From Geosiphon pyriformis uo1 (Eukaryota; Fungi; Glomeromycota), in assembly GCA_016748015.1 (NCBI GenBank), contig JAAOMT010000445.1:372001-436000 (forward strand): a stretch of 64,000 bases of DNA, given 5' to 3'. The notes under the pieces were generated by a model. The model saw only the letters and a list, made by a program, of their open reading frames with translations, was not told the DNA's origin and made no database searches. Of the stretch, positions 49,473 through 63,027 are shown one piece after another (within the stretch, counting starts at the first letter, position 1; the number at the start of each line of letters is the position of its first letter). The translations under genes and the position numbers were made by a program.

Positions 49473-52400
49473 GTGACAGAATCAGAAATCATAGGAGCAA
49501 ACCATTTAGGATTTGCCAAATTTTTGTTTCAACAGTACAGCCAACAATTAGGATTAAACAATAACCATTTCTTAGCAGAATCAGCCTTTAACTTTTATGT
49601 CAATAATAAAATTACAGACTGCTTAGAAGGAACAGTTAACATTGAATTTGCAAGAAAAAATTTCTATACAGAATTGTTTTAACATACCAGCTTACCAAGA
49701 AACTACAGTTTCACACCAATTATTAGGGAGATCAATTAAACTATTGAAAAGTACACTCAACAACAATTCCCCATACCTATGTAAACAAAGGCAAAAGAAG
49801 ATTGCAAACACCAGCAGTAACATCCAAAAAGATACAACTACCCACTTGGAAGAAAACCAGAGTTGAATTACCAACCAATCCATCATACTATTATATGTCA
49901 GAAAGTGCCATCAATATTTCCTCAGCAGATGTATTCACATCAAACACAACATCAACTTTTGAATGATTCCTATTTTAAAGTAAACAAAAAAGAGCAGAAT
50001 TATTAAGACCATATGGCAAATATTTTGAAAGATTTAAATCACAATTACCAACATCATCAGAATTTTGATCATTACTACATCAACCAGATTTCAGAACTGC
50101 AAGTTTATGGAAAGTAACAGAATCAGAAGAAGAAGAAAAAGAAGAAAGTAAGGATTAGGAATTTACTTACCAAAACCTGATTCTAGAAAATCCAGAAGTT
50201 GAAACTTCAAACATTCAAATCCAGCCAACTCAAAACAATCCAAACTCCAAAACAATTAATCAGCAAAACTTATTTTCAGTAATCATTATTGATCAGCCAC
50301 TAATTAAACCAATTATTGAACTGATTCAACAGCAGCCACTTTAGCAACCTATTCAATAATCACTTCAACAACCACAACAACCACTTCAACAGCTGCAACA
50401 ACAACTTCAACTACCATCACCACAACAATAACAACAAATAGCATATGCACCAATCACAAAGCTGGAAAAGTTTTCAGGCAAAGAAGATGACGCCCAAGCA
50501 TGGATCAATGATGTTGCCAAAGCCATTACTATTAATAACTGAGATAATGCCAGGACAATACAAGTCATCCCATATTTTCTTAAGGATACTGTCAACTCAT
50601 GGTATCATAGCTTAGCACAGAAACCCCAAAACTTTGATGCATTCAAATTAGAATTTCTAAGATACTTCAATGATAATAACAGCATCAACTGTCTGATTAG
50701 TGCTTTTACTACTATAAAGCAAGAGGACACAGAAGCCATCACTATTTACTTAAGACACTTCCATAAAAATCTGCACCAAATTTAGGCAATTCAAGCCAAT
50801 TATTTCACAGTGCCACAAATTTTAAATCAATTCATCAGAGGCCTGCACAGTAGCATTCTTCAATATATATATCTATTGCATCCAGCAGGCCTTCAAGCCA
50901 CCATTACAAATGCCAGAGATTTTGAAGCCACTGAATTAGAAGCCAACCACATCCAAGCAGTAAATCTAGTAATAAACAGATTATCTGACTTGGACTCCAA
51001 ATAGAAGCAATTCAGTAAATCAATTAATCAGAAATTAGAGAAATACTTAGTTAACAACAATCAAGCCATCTATTAATCTCTACAATAATACAACAATCAG
51101 AGAAACAGAAATTGTTCCCAAAATTAACCACATCTATTATTGTCGACCAATCAACAGTGGCAACAAAAAATGCATGCTTGTCATTATTGTGGTAAACAAA
51201 GACATTTGCAATTTGACTGTTGAAAAAAAATAAGCAACCAATGATCAGAAAATCAATATCAAAACCCTAATTACTGGTTTTAAACTCCAAGTTACCAACC
51301 AAACTCAGAATTATATCAACCAAATTACCTACTTATAATGCAGCAACAAATCTATCAACCACCAATTTATTAGCCCCCAGTACCTGCAGTTTATCAACTG
51401 CAGCCCCAATCTATTTATCAGTCGCAGTCTCAAATAATATATCAATTACAACCAATTCCAACACTACCATCAAACTCAGCTCCAATAACATCAGGAAATC
51501 CCAGATCAAGGGTTACCCAAAACTGGAGATTGTCAATAGTTGTCTACCAACTGATCCCCAGTTCCTCCAACCAATTATCAGAATTATGACAGCAGAATTT
51601 GGAAACTGGATACACCCAAAACCCAAATTCTTAACACTGCTTAAGTCTCCTGATTATCTCAGAAGACACCTCATCCAACAATCAAAAAACCAACCAAAAC
51701 AAATCACTTACTAGCAATATACCTCCAGCCACCATAACCAATGACAAATTGCTAGCAGCAATCTTCTTATTTGAAGTTGAGGAACCATTGTTACTGGAGA
51801 TTTTTGGTCTCTTTTTTTGAATGTTGTTACTGTTGATTTGTTGTGAATTCATGTTTCAAGAAGTAGTTGAACCTCCAATAACTAAATTTATCTTCAAATT
51901 ATCTTCTATAATTTGAACTGCTGGGCTTATAAGTGAAATGACCAATTTCTTGCCAGTTATTTTATGTAGTTATGTTGTAGTAAACATCAACTCTTTCCCA
52001 GGAATTGCTCATCTGGAAGCTCACTAAAAATGTGTAATTACTTTGCTGTGAAAGTTAACTCTTCTACAGAAATCTCGTCTGTAGGCCATCCTAATGATTG
52101 TAATAAGAAAAGAAAAGAAAAATAAAAAAAATGTAAAAGAAATAGGATTTTATCAAGGGAAACGTTTTCTATTCAGGCCTGAAGTCACTAACAGTTTATT
52201 GAAATTGGTAGCTAATCAATTTCAAAACATTAGTGGGGTTTTGGGAATTTCCAAGTGCAATAATTAAGGAAGTTGATTTTTAAATTATTTGATTTTTATT
52301 TCGTTTTTGTGAGAATGATTCTAATTCACAAGTTTCAAGTAAGATATCTAAAGGTAAGGATACATTTTCTTGAAGAGAGAAGCTCTTCTTTTATATAATT

Positions 52401-55400
52401 TGTTGTAGTACTAGTCTATAAACTTGAACTATTTTCTTTACTATGGTTTTGACAAACTAAAAATACTTTTTGGTGAACTTATAAGTTATTTTTACAAACT
52501 ATTGAATATTTCGGTGAACTATTAATTATTTCAGTGAATTTCTACAAATTTCAAACTCTTGAATATTAAATGGTTTAGGGTATTGTGTAATTTGATTATC
52601 TTAATTTTTATAGTACAAATCAGGTTATTAATTAATTGATAATATTTGATAATTTGATTAAATAATAAGTGATAATTTGAATGATAATATATGCTAATTT
52701 AATGGTAGAAATTATAAGAATAATATTATGTTAATTAATATTTCAAGTTTTGGTTGGTAACACTGTCACAAACATTATTGTTTAGTGAAGCTGTGCTCGA
52801 GGAGAAACCTATTACTGCTATGTACACTGATGTTAAAGTTGATAGCCATTCTATTAAACTGATCCTAAACAGTAGATTAACTGGTAGCATTATTATGTGA
52901 CAACTTATGAATCAATTAGGTTACCAAGTTGATTAAACTGCCAGTGCATGAATTATCACTACTAATGGAATGACCAAAACTCTAATCAGTGAGATTGATG
53001 ACTTCCCTATAGAAGTAAACAGTATCATCATGCCAATCAAGGTATTAGTCATAAAAGCCACTTAATACTAAGCACTTATTGATAATGATTGGCTATCCAA
53101 AACCAACACAATGCTTGATTGGAACATGCAGAAGCTTCAATTTAGCCAGAATGGTCAACACATATGCATACCAGCCACATGTGACTATTTTAAAACCACT
53201 AACACACCAGTACCACTTATCGAGTTTGAGGAAGAAGAGAAGAAACCTACCTGAAAAGCCTATCAAGTATCATGAGCTGAAAATGACCACAATAAATTAT
53301 CACTGATACTCTTCTGGGATAACAATAGAAAAAGAAAACAAAAAGAAAAACTTACCTGGAATGCTAATCAAGCTTAAGGAACTGACAATGATCTGGACAA
53401 ATTATCAACTTGGGAATGGAAAAAAAATAACAAGAGAAAAAAAAAAGAGAAGAAAAAAAAGCCAGCACTAATCACTACTACTTATAATCCATATGCTTAT
53501 ATTTCACTACAATTATCTAATTATCACTGACCGAAATTAGTATGCATCAATTGTGGTAAAAAATTGTCATTAATGAGTGCATATTATGGTGACAATAAGG
53601 AATATGCCATGGCAACAAAATTTTATTGCTATTTATGTGTCATAGAACAGTTTGGAAGACCCAAGAGACAAGAAAAATAGGACAATGAACTCTGTCTAGC
53701 ATGTAAAACCATTTTGCCTGATGAAAAAATGTGAAATGACATTCCTGGGCATAGAGGGACATGTGATAAGACATATTAGTATACCATTCTGATAAATGAC
53801 TGGGTATATAAAAGAACTCCAATTGACAATACCTAGAAAAAAGCATTGTAACAGTTGGAAGGATATCTTTATGACAAACATGAGATCTGAAGAATGGTGA
53901 GTGCAAAAGCAGAAGATGCCACTACCAATAAGTTACTAGAAATTAAAAATAACTCACTTTTACTGTCTGAACAGAAATACATCCCCATCTTCGACATTTT
54001 TGGCAATATTGAGGATAATCTGGAAGAATTTTATAAACATTACCAGTGATTAGCATCCATTAGAGAAAAACAGGAGCAGCATTTAGAGCAGTTAAATACT
54101 TAATTATGTCAACATTGCTTAATTTTCTGTGACTTTCAATATTGTAATGAGTGTAATCTCATTTACAATCTACTACTATACATGATCTACACAATTCCAA
54201 AAGAAAAAAAACCAATCAGCAGCTGTGAATTGGAATCAGAGTCACTGTTTAATTCTGATTCAAATTCTAACAACAATAATGACAAAAATAATGGTTCCAG
54301 CTCCAACCAAAATGACAATAAAAATTATAATAATTCAAACTCTGATTCAAACCCTGAACAATACATCATGCTTTCTGACTTTTCTAAGGAACAGAAACTA
54401 AAATGGTTTAATGACAATGATGAAAGCATCATGTCAGAATGTGCATATGATACTGATGCAGAATTTGATCTAAGATATTCAGAAAAAAACATCATCAAAT
54501 TGGAACCACATTCATGCACATTCATTGATCTCAAAATAGCATTAGATATTCTAACAACAACAATAGTTCAATTAGCATTAAGGAATAGTTTAGTAAAAAA
54601 AGAAATTAACATCAGAGGAGGAATAATTAATGCAGAATATGTAAGAAACATCATTGCAATGCTACAGAATGACTTTGAAAAGACCTATATCATAAAGCCA
54701 AATGAAAAAATAACACAAGCAATATTTCTACTTCTGGTAAAAATAATTCAGCTAGTGCCAGTAGGAAATAGAAAAGAATTAGGAATTACAGCAAGAGGAA
54801 TACAAGAATTTGGATCAACAGGTAGAATAGATGTACTAGTTAATATGATGGAAGAAGAAGTTATTAACAAGAGAGAAATTATTTTCATCTGTTAATCAAT
54901 TTTCATTCTATTATATAACCAATACATATTAGTTATAGAAAGAAAAGTAAAAGATCAGGTTCAAATTTTTGAGGCAAAAGCATTACTTTGTGAATCAGAA
55001 GAAATTAGATTAGTCAATCTACACATATCAGCCAAGAATCATAGTCACATAAAAATTTTTATTTACAACAACATGAGAAACATTATTGAGATACCAGAAG
55101 GAACTATCATTAGATATTTAACCACCAAAATTGAAGAACAATCACCAAACCCCATTCCAGATTTTCTACAATTGTGTGAATATATGGATATTACATTGCA
55201 AACAATATATGGATGAAAAAAATGTTATCTGCTCTAACCAGAACAATTGAAACAGATAAACTTGAGAAATTTAGACCCACTACAATATATGCAGCTTAAG
55301 ATATTACTTAACAACTTCAATAACATCTTTGCCAGTAAAAATGAATTTGGTAGAACTAACATAATTCAGCATCAGATCAAAATTGAAAATGCAATGCCAA

Positions 55401-56656
55401 TCAAACAGAGAGCATACAGAGTACTATCTACCAGCCATAAGATCATTTGTCAAAAAATCAATTGGATGCTTGACAATGGATTGATTCAACTATTAATAAG
55501 CTCATGGTTGTTACCAGTAGTACTAGTCCATAAGAAGAATGGAAAAATCTGCTTCTGTGTGGATTACCAAAAACTGAATAAAGTAACAAAAAGAAACAGC
55601 TACCCAACTTCAAAGATCCAAGAACTGTTTGATGCTTTTGGAGGAAAAAAATGGTTCTCAACTTTGAACTTAGACAGTGGTTATTGGCAAGTAGCCATAA
55701 AACCAAAAGATAAAGAGAAGACAGTTTTCACAATACAGGAAGGAAATTCTAAGTTCGAAATAATGCCATTTGGCTTGAAGAATGCTTTAACAACATTCCA
55801 ATGACTTATGGAAATTGTCTATACTAGACTACTATGGAAATCAATAGTTGTTTATTTAGATAACACCAATGTATTCTCCAAGACATTTGATGACCATCTA
55901 TATCATCTTCAACAAGTGTTTGAAAGATTGAGAAGAGCAAAATTGAAATTAAATGTGACCAAGTGTTTTTTTGACAAAACAGAGTTGAAATTTTTGGGAC
56001 ATATTATAAGCAAAGATAGCATTAAAATGAATCCAGATAAAATTGCAATAATAAAAAACTTTTCAGTACCAACCAACTTGATGGAACTAAGAGCATTTTT
56101 GGGATTTACAGGCTATTATTGCCATTTTATTAAGGACTTTTCTAAACTGGCTCAGTCATTTCACCAGCTGCAAACCAAAAATGTAAAATATAAATGAACA
56201 GAAGCTCAACAAAAAGCTTTCGATATATTAAGGAAAAAGCTTATTTAAGCTCCAATATTGATGTATTTAGATTACAGCAAACCATTCATCATTACCACAA
56301 ATGTATCAGGTTAAGTATTGGAAGCAGTATTATCACAAAAAAAACCAGATGGAAGAGAACATCTGGTAACATACGCCAGTCATAGCTTGAGTCTAGCAGA
56401 AAAGAACTATAGAACACTAGCATTAGAACACTTAGCAATCTATTAGACAGTCATGAAATAGAAAGAATACTTGAGTCAAAAATTTGATGTATATACTGAT
56501 CATAAAGGACTGATTTCAATTCAGAAACAAGAATTTGGAGATAATCATCATGCTAGATAAAAAATAGAACTTTCACCATTCAATTATACAGTATATTATA
56601 AAAAAGGAAAAGAAAATAGAAATACCAACAGTCTGTCGTGAATAAGACAAATTTAA
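49473..56656 (+). pseudogene. gag-pol of element E (N-extension, capsid-like core ~50440, CCHC ~51180, protease ~52820, Cys block, dUTPase 54403-54823, RT, RNase H), interrupted by solo LTR
   Basis: KLEKFSGKEDDAQAWI, CHYCGKQRHLQFDC, DAEFDLRY...ARGIQEFGSTG, LDSGYWQV, VYLDN; ends IRQI*. Confidence 0.92.
51789..52762 (-). mobile_element. Solo LTR of C family inserted in element E
   Basis: Reverse complement of 35831-36796; TGTTAC...GTAACA; flanks CCAT / CTGT (TSD inferred CCGT). Confidence 0.9.
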
Positions 56657-56687
56657 AAACATTTCAACCCAAAAATACAACAAAAAA

Positions 56688-57999
56688 ATGAATATACAAA
56701 AATACTAACAACTCTAACATTATATAAATACTCAATTGTTTAAGGAGAAATTATCTCAAAAGGAACAAAACAACATAAAACAACAATCAAAATATTTTAT
56801 CAATCACCAAAATATACTTTACCAGAAAAACAAAAAGAATTCAGATCAACCAACCAGAATAATTACAAAACCAGAAAAAGAGACAATATTGTTCAACATG
56901 CACTCAAATCCAACAGCAGAACATTTCCATAAAGAAGCAACAATAAAAAGAACCAGAAAAAGATACTATTGACCATTAATGTATTCAGACATTATCTAAT
57001 ATGTTCAAAATTGTGATGCTTGTCAGAAAAGAGGAAAAACAAAACCCAGTAAACTATTGAGACCAATTAAAGTGTGACAACTATTTGACTATATCGGAAT
57101 TGACTTAATTAGACCATTAACAATTACCAGCAGAGACAACAGATATATCACAGTAGCCATAGATTATCTCACAAAATGACCAGAAGCAAAAGCCATTCAA
57201 AGAGCAGATGCAGAATCCATTGTCAAATTTGTTTATTAAGATTTGATCTGTTAATACAGATGTTCAAAAGAACTATTATTAGATCAAAAAACTTATTTTG
57301 TGAATAAAACATTGGCAGAATTAAGCCAAAGATTTGGGATAAAAAGACTATTATTATCATCATACTATCCATAAACAAATGAGCTAGTTGAAAAGTTTAA
57401 CAGAACATTGTGTGAAGCCATTGCCAAAATCAGCCAAAAAAACCAGAACAAATGGAATTTGATTATACTATCAGTATTATTTGCTTATTGGACAATAAAG
57501 CAAGACACTATATAAGCAATACTATTCAAATTAGTATATAGTAGAACAGCAACATTACGAATTGAGAAGAACATATGACTTAATGGAGACACTAAAAAAC
57601 ACATGGCGAAAAGTAGCTGATAACATCCAAAAGTCACAAAAAAAACAAAAAGAAAAACACAATAACCAACTATCAGAGAAACCAGTTAAATTCAAGATTG
57701 GAGACAAAGTACTTCTACATTGTACTAAAGTGGAAAAACAATAGAATGAAAAATTTGACCCCAAATGGAACAGACTATTTTACATAAAAGAAATTCTTGG
57801 AAATAGAGCTTATAAATTAAAGTTAAACAACAAAATCTTAATCAAAACAGCACATAGTAATTGACTGAAACAATATTACCATATAACATCATTATCTACC
57901 AGTAATATTTCACAATTAGAAATACAGAGAATACTGATCAAACCAGATAAAATTCTACAAGATCTAGAACCAATTATAATTATTGAACCAAACATGTAA
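56688..57999 (+). pseudogene. Stand-alone integrase of element E (~65-bp internal deletion)
   Basis: ATG 56688 (MNIQK); colinear with the A integrase. Confidence 0.88.
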
Positions 58000-58057
58000 G
58001 ATTAAACAACCAAGGAGTATATAAAGACACAGTATATGCAACAAAAAACAGCAAAAA

Positions 58058-58686
58058 ATAGAGATTACTGACAGCATTCACTTACTAACACAACAACTTT
58101 TTCAACTGATTCAACAATAAGAAATGGAAATTACAATCAACCAACAAACTATCAAATACATAAACACCAGAAAAAACCATGAGAGAAATTACAAAAAAAA
58201 ACAGAAAACACTGTTGACAAGATAATTACAAAAGTGAATTTGGCAATAGAAACACAACCAAAAGTCATTCAATATTAAGAATTGACTATAAAAACTTGGA
58301 ATTGGTGAATACAACAATTTTCAAGAAACTTTTGTTACTTTTATTTGGAACAACACTTGAATATTCAGGGCTTGTACATAGATAAAATGAAATGATTATT
58401 TAACACAACAATACTACAACAACTGAAACAATTTGTGGGAAAGAATAATTTGACTACACAAGCAAAAACCATTTATTGGCTACACACCAGATTTCAAGAT
58501 CGACCAGAAATTTTACTCAATTCAGAAATAAACTCCATTACCATTAACCAAATAGAAAAAATAACCAATGCTCAATTTGAAAAATTACAGAACAAGATAG
58601 CACAAGTAATTCTTAAAAAAAAAATTCAAAAAATACTTAAAAATAGAGAATTAGAATTAAGTGATCTTGATGGAGCTCAATATTAA
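58058..58686 (+). pseudogene. Accessory ORF of element E
   Basis: (M)EITDSIHLL...MEITINQQ...FCYFYLEQHLNIQGLYIDK...SDLDGAQY* ending at the PPT. Confidence 0.8.
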
Positions 58687-58700
58687 AAAGTAGAGAATAA

Positions 58701-59569
58701 TATTACTCATAAAATATAAAAAATATATTAGCATATAAATTAGCCAATTAAAAATAATCATAATAAATATAGAATTCCAGAATTCCTTTCAGAAGAATTA
58801 TAAGATTCCAGGAATTTCAGAATTCTCATACAAAGAATTGCAGGATTCCAGAATTCCAGAATTCCTTTCAAAAAAATTACAGGATTCCAGAAATTTCAAG
58901 ATTCTTGATGTAAAGAATTGAAGAATTGAAGAATCTCAACTATGTATATATAGTGATAGCATTAAAAGTAGAAAAGACAGACCTTTCAGTTTAGATTTAA
59001 TTTAAACACACTTCTATTTACAATTATCAATAAATAATTATTTATTATTACAATCTATTCTCTATTATCAACACTCTATGTTGATAGCAATTGATACTTA
59101 ATTACACTGGAACAATAGCTCTTGATCATGACTATTGATAAGATACTAACATTTATTGTCTTAGCTTATTTTTTTATTTTTTTTTATTTTCTTTCTTTTA
59201 TTTTGCTTTGTTATTTTGTTGTTGACCAAATTGATTAAAAAGAGTAAAAATACTGAGTTATTGATATCAAAGATAAGCCTGGTAAAAGACCCCAAAAGAA
59301 GGATATAGCATTAAGAATTTCAGAATAGCTTACCAAAAAAGCATCCCTGCCAGATTACTGATCATTACATTGAGAAAAAAATTTGATGAAATTGTGATTC
59401 CAGGAGGCTACTGAGAAAACAACAAGTGAATCTCTGTCTATTATACAAAGAACTCCACTAAAACCTTCAGATTACAGAAATCTTTGAAAACCAACATTTT
59501 TACATCAATTTGAGCACCAAGTTATGGATTTGTTATTTGCTTTGAAACCCCAAATAATCATCAGTAACA
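58701..59569 (+). repeat. 3' LTR of element E
   Basis: Direct repeat of the 5' LTR with one extra U3 repeat unit (869 vs 829 bp). Confidence 0.93.
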
Positions 59570-62097
59570 ATAGTTAAATAATAAAACCAATTGTTTTTTT
59601 TTCTATTTTTAGTTTTTATAGTTGGTTTAAACAAAAATGTTTTTTTAATAAATTTGTTATTTTTGTATTATAAAAAATTTAATTCTATGTAATTTTAAAA
59701 ACAATCATAAAAGTTAAAATTTTTTTCAAATAAGCTTTTATATTAGTTTTAATAACAAACTTAATATTAATTTTATTGTTATATAAACTTTATGTTTTTT
59801 AATTTTATACAAAAAAAAATCATAAAATTTTTTTTAAAATAATTATAAAAAACTTTATTTTAATTCAAATTATTATGTATTTTATTATTATTTAATAAAT
59901 AATAATAATATTATTATCAAATATAATATGCTAATAAATAACAAAAAAAAATAATATTATATAACAATAAAAATAATTAAAAAGTAATTTAACTTTAATA
60001 AACCAATTAAATTAATAAAAATTTAATATATAATTAGTCTTATAAATATCTTAATTGCTATTTTTTCCAAAAAATAACAAAAAAATTTGAATAATTTGTA
60101 TTAATAACATATTAGTATAATTTTATGTTTTATATTAGCATTTTTAAAATTTAATTAAGTATTAGTTGTATTTTTTAGTAAATATTTATTTAATATATTT
60201 TATAAAAACTAATAATTATATAAATCAAAAAAAAAAAATAATAATAATAATAATAAAAAGAAAAAGTTACTATTATTATATTAATTTTGTTTTAAATAAA
60301 TTTTAATTTAAGTGTAAATAAATTTTTACAGTTTTAAAAAGTTTTACTTATATATTATTAAAAAAATTAATGATTAAGTTAATAATTATATTAACAACTA
60401 TTTTAAAAAATAAATGACCAATTAATAATATTAGTAATTAATACATATAATTAGCTATAATTAACTATTAAATAAAATTAAAAAGTAAAAGTTTTAACTA
60501 TAATAACATTAATGAAATAGAATTTAAATTTTAATAATTAAAAATTTTTTACCAAATATAATTTTTTCTTAAAATATTAATTTTAATAACAATAATATTT
60601 AAATTAGTTTAAAAATAAAATATAATAATTGTATATTTTTATTGTTAAAATAAATTAAGAAATTAAGAAATAAAACAAATATAATTATAAATTTAAAAAT
60701 AATATAATTAGAAAAATAATTAATTAATTTGATTTTAAACATAATATAAAATACAATAATTTTTTATTAATTAAAATTGAAAAACATCTTAATATTAACT
60801 AATAAACAAAAGTTATTTTAATAGTTTTAAGACTTTTAAAATACATAATAGTATATTATTATTAATCAACAAACTTTAAATTAATTTTAAAAATTTTATT
60901 AAAAATACTTATAATATTTTTAATATTTTAACAAAAACAAAAAACAGTAATAAATATTACAGAAGATTTGATAATCTTTAAAGTAATAAAAAATAAGAAA
61001 TTAACAAACTAAATTTAAATAGCAATATTTAAAAAAACTTAAAATACAAACTCTATACAGAACAATTTTATATTATTTTCAAATATTAATTTTGTATCAA
61101 TAAAATCATACACAAATTAAAAAGTAATCTTAATATAAACCAATTTAAATTTAAAAAAGATATTAAGCATTAAAATAAAAATTAGTTGTTTAAATTTTTT
61201 TTATAAAAGATTTAATATTTAAAAATAAGTTATAATTAATAATACATATTTTCTTATAATATATATTGAATTTTTTTATAATTTTTAGATTAGTAATTTT
61301 AATTTTAATTTTTTATTATATTCTAATAAACTGTATTTTAAATAATATTCCTTAATTAAACTTGAAAAAAGTGGATTTTACAGTTATTTTAAGAATAATA
61401 ATAAAAATTTTCTTAATAATTACGGTTTTAATTTATATGAATATTTATATATTTAAAATTAGTATTTAAAATAATAATATTTTTTTAGTCAATGTTTTTG
61501 TTTAATTTAAGCTTGATTTGAATGTAAATATAAATTTAATAATTTTTTAAAACCAATTATTAATAGAATTTTGATTTTAAATTACCTACAACTTTTTTTA
61601 AAAGATTTTTTCTTTATTTTTAAAAAGTTAATATTCAAAGCAAACAATTATTAAACTCATGTTTAGTAATGTTTTTTTTTTGATATCAAAATGGGTTCTT
61701 TTTTTATCTATTTTTTAATTAAATTAAATAATTTTATTGATAATATTTAAAAATTAAATCAAAAAATTGATTATTATTTTTTTTTTGAAATAAAGTATTT
61801 TCTTTCAAAAAATTATCATTCAATTAGTTTTTCCATTTTCATTTTAAAAGTTTATAATTAAGATAAAATAATATAAAAAATTTTTTTAAAAATTTATATT
61901 GCATAATAAAAGTATTTATTAATGAAATTTAAGGGTTGTAGATTTAATAAGTAATTAATTTTTATTTTAAATAATCAAAATATTTATAATAATTGTAATT
62001 ATTTAAGTATCTTTTAAAAAATTAAATTTTCTTTTTTATATGATTAGGGAATTTAGTTTTAATAAAGCCATAAAAACTTTTTATAAATGATGTTTTT

Positions 62098-62132
<35 letters not shown>

Positions 62133-62488
62133 TTATGATTTTTATAGTGACTTTTCAATAAACTAAAAAATATCTTAAATCAAAGATACCGATTATAACC
62201 ATTTGATGTTATATAGTATCTATTATCTATTATCTAATTCTTTACCCTCTTTTAATATTTTTTGATTATGTACTTGAAATTTTACACAATCAACAAAAAG
62301 ATATGTTTACTTGATCTGGGAGATGAGATTTTTTTTAAAATAAAAGAAGGTGTAAAATCCTAATAGGTCGAAAGCTTTTACAATTTAATAAGCGTGAGTG
62401 TGGGGTAAATTGTGCATAATTGAAAAAAGTAGGGAGTAAGGGTATTACTTGAAATAAATGGGTATGAGAATAAGATGAAGTAAAGTTA

Positions 62489-62668
62489 AGAGTTTTTCCG
62501 TTGTTTATTTATTTTTAACTCGATTCAATTTTGACCAAGATAAAGACTATAATTGAATGGATTCAATTAGTAAAATGAAATTACTTTAAATAAGATTGAA
62601 TAAAATTATGAGTTTTTCCGGTGTTTATTTATTATAAACTCGTACCAAGATAAAGACTATAATTGAAT
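62489..62668. repeat. Imperfect direct repeat pair (~60-70 bp)
   Basis: GAGTTTTTCCG(T/G)TGTTTATTTATT...AACTCG...ACCAAGATAAAGACTATAATTGAAT at ~62490-62558 and ~62610-62668. Confidence 0.85.
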
Positions 62669-62930
62669 ATTTATATAAACAAAATGAAATTTGAAATACA
62701 TTCAACTAACAATGGCAATGAATCTATCCTACCTTTAAACAATAGTGTTAAGCAAATATCATTTAAGTGCATTTTCTAACTCAAAAGATTAAAAGTAATG
62801 TAAAGAGAATGAGGCTTATACTTTTTTGGCCATTTTTGAAAATAAGAAACGTGTAATAAAAGTGTGGGGGTAAAAAAAGAAGAAGCCTAAACCATTGTAA
62901 ATCGCACTGTCTATACCATCTTCTGCAGGT

Positions 62931-62961
62931 ATACTACTACTACTATTACTACTACTATTAC

Positions 62962-63015
<54 letters not shown>

Positions 63016-63027
63016 TACTATTATTAT
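62931..63027. repeat. Compound (TAC)n/(TAT)n microsatellite
   Basis: Directly visible; similar (TAA)n at 62101-62131 and (TAT)n at 63889-63939. Confidence 0.95.

Larger units (their letters stand above)
48582..59569 (+). mobile_element. Ty3/Gypsy element E, full length, dUTPase-bearing
   Basis: LTRs 48582-49410 and 58701-59569; TSD ATAG (48578-48581 / 59570-59573); PBS 49413-49429; gag-pol to TAA 56656; integrase from ATG 56688; accessory ORF to 58686; PPT. Confidence 0.95.

Noticed and set aside
1-59569. Alternative genetic code explaining in-frame TGA/TAA/TAG
   Set aside because: Stops fall at different positions in each copy and replace Q, R and W alike, and the host gene uses the standard code. 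This is mutation, not recoding.
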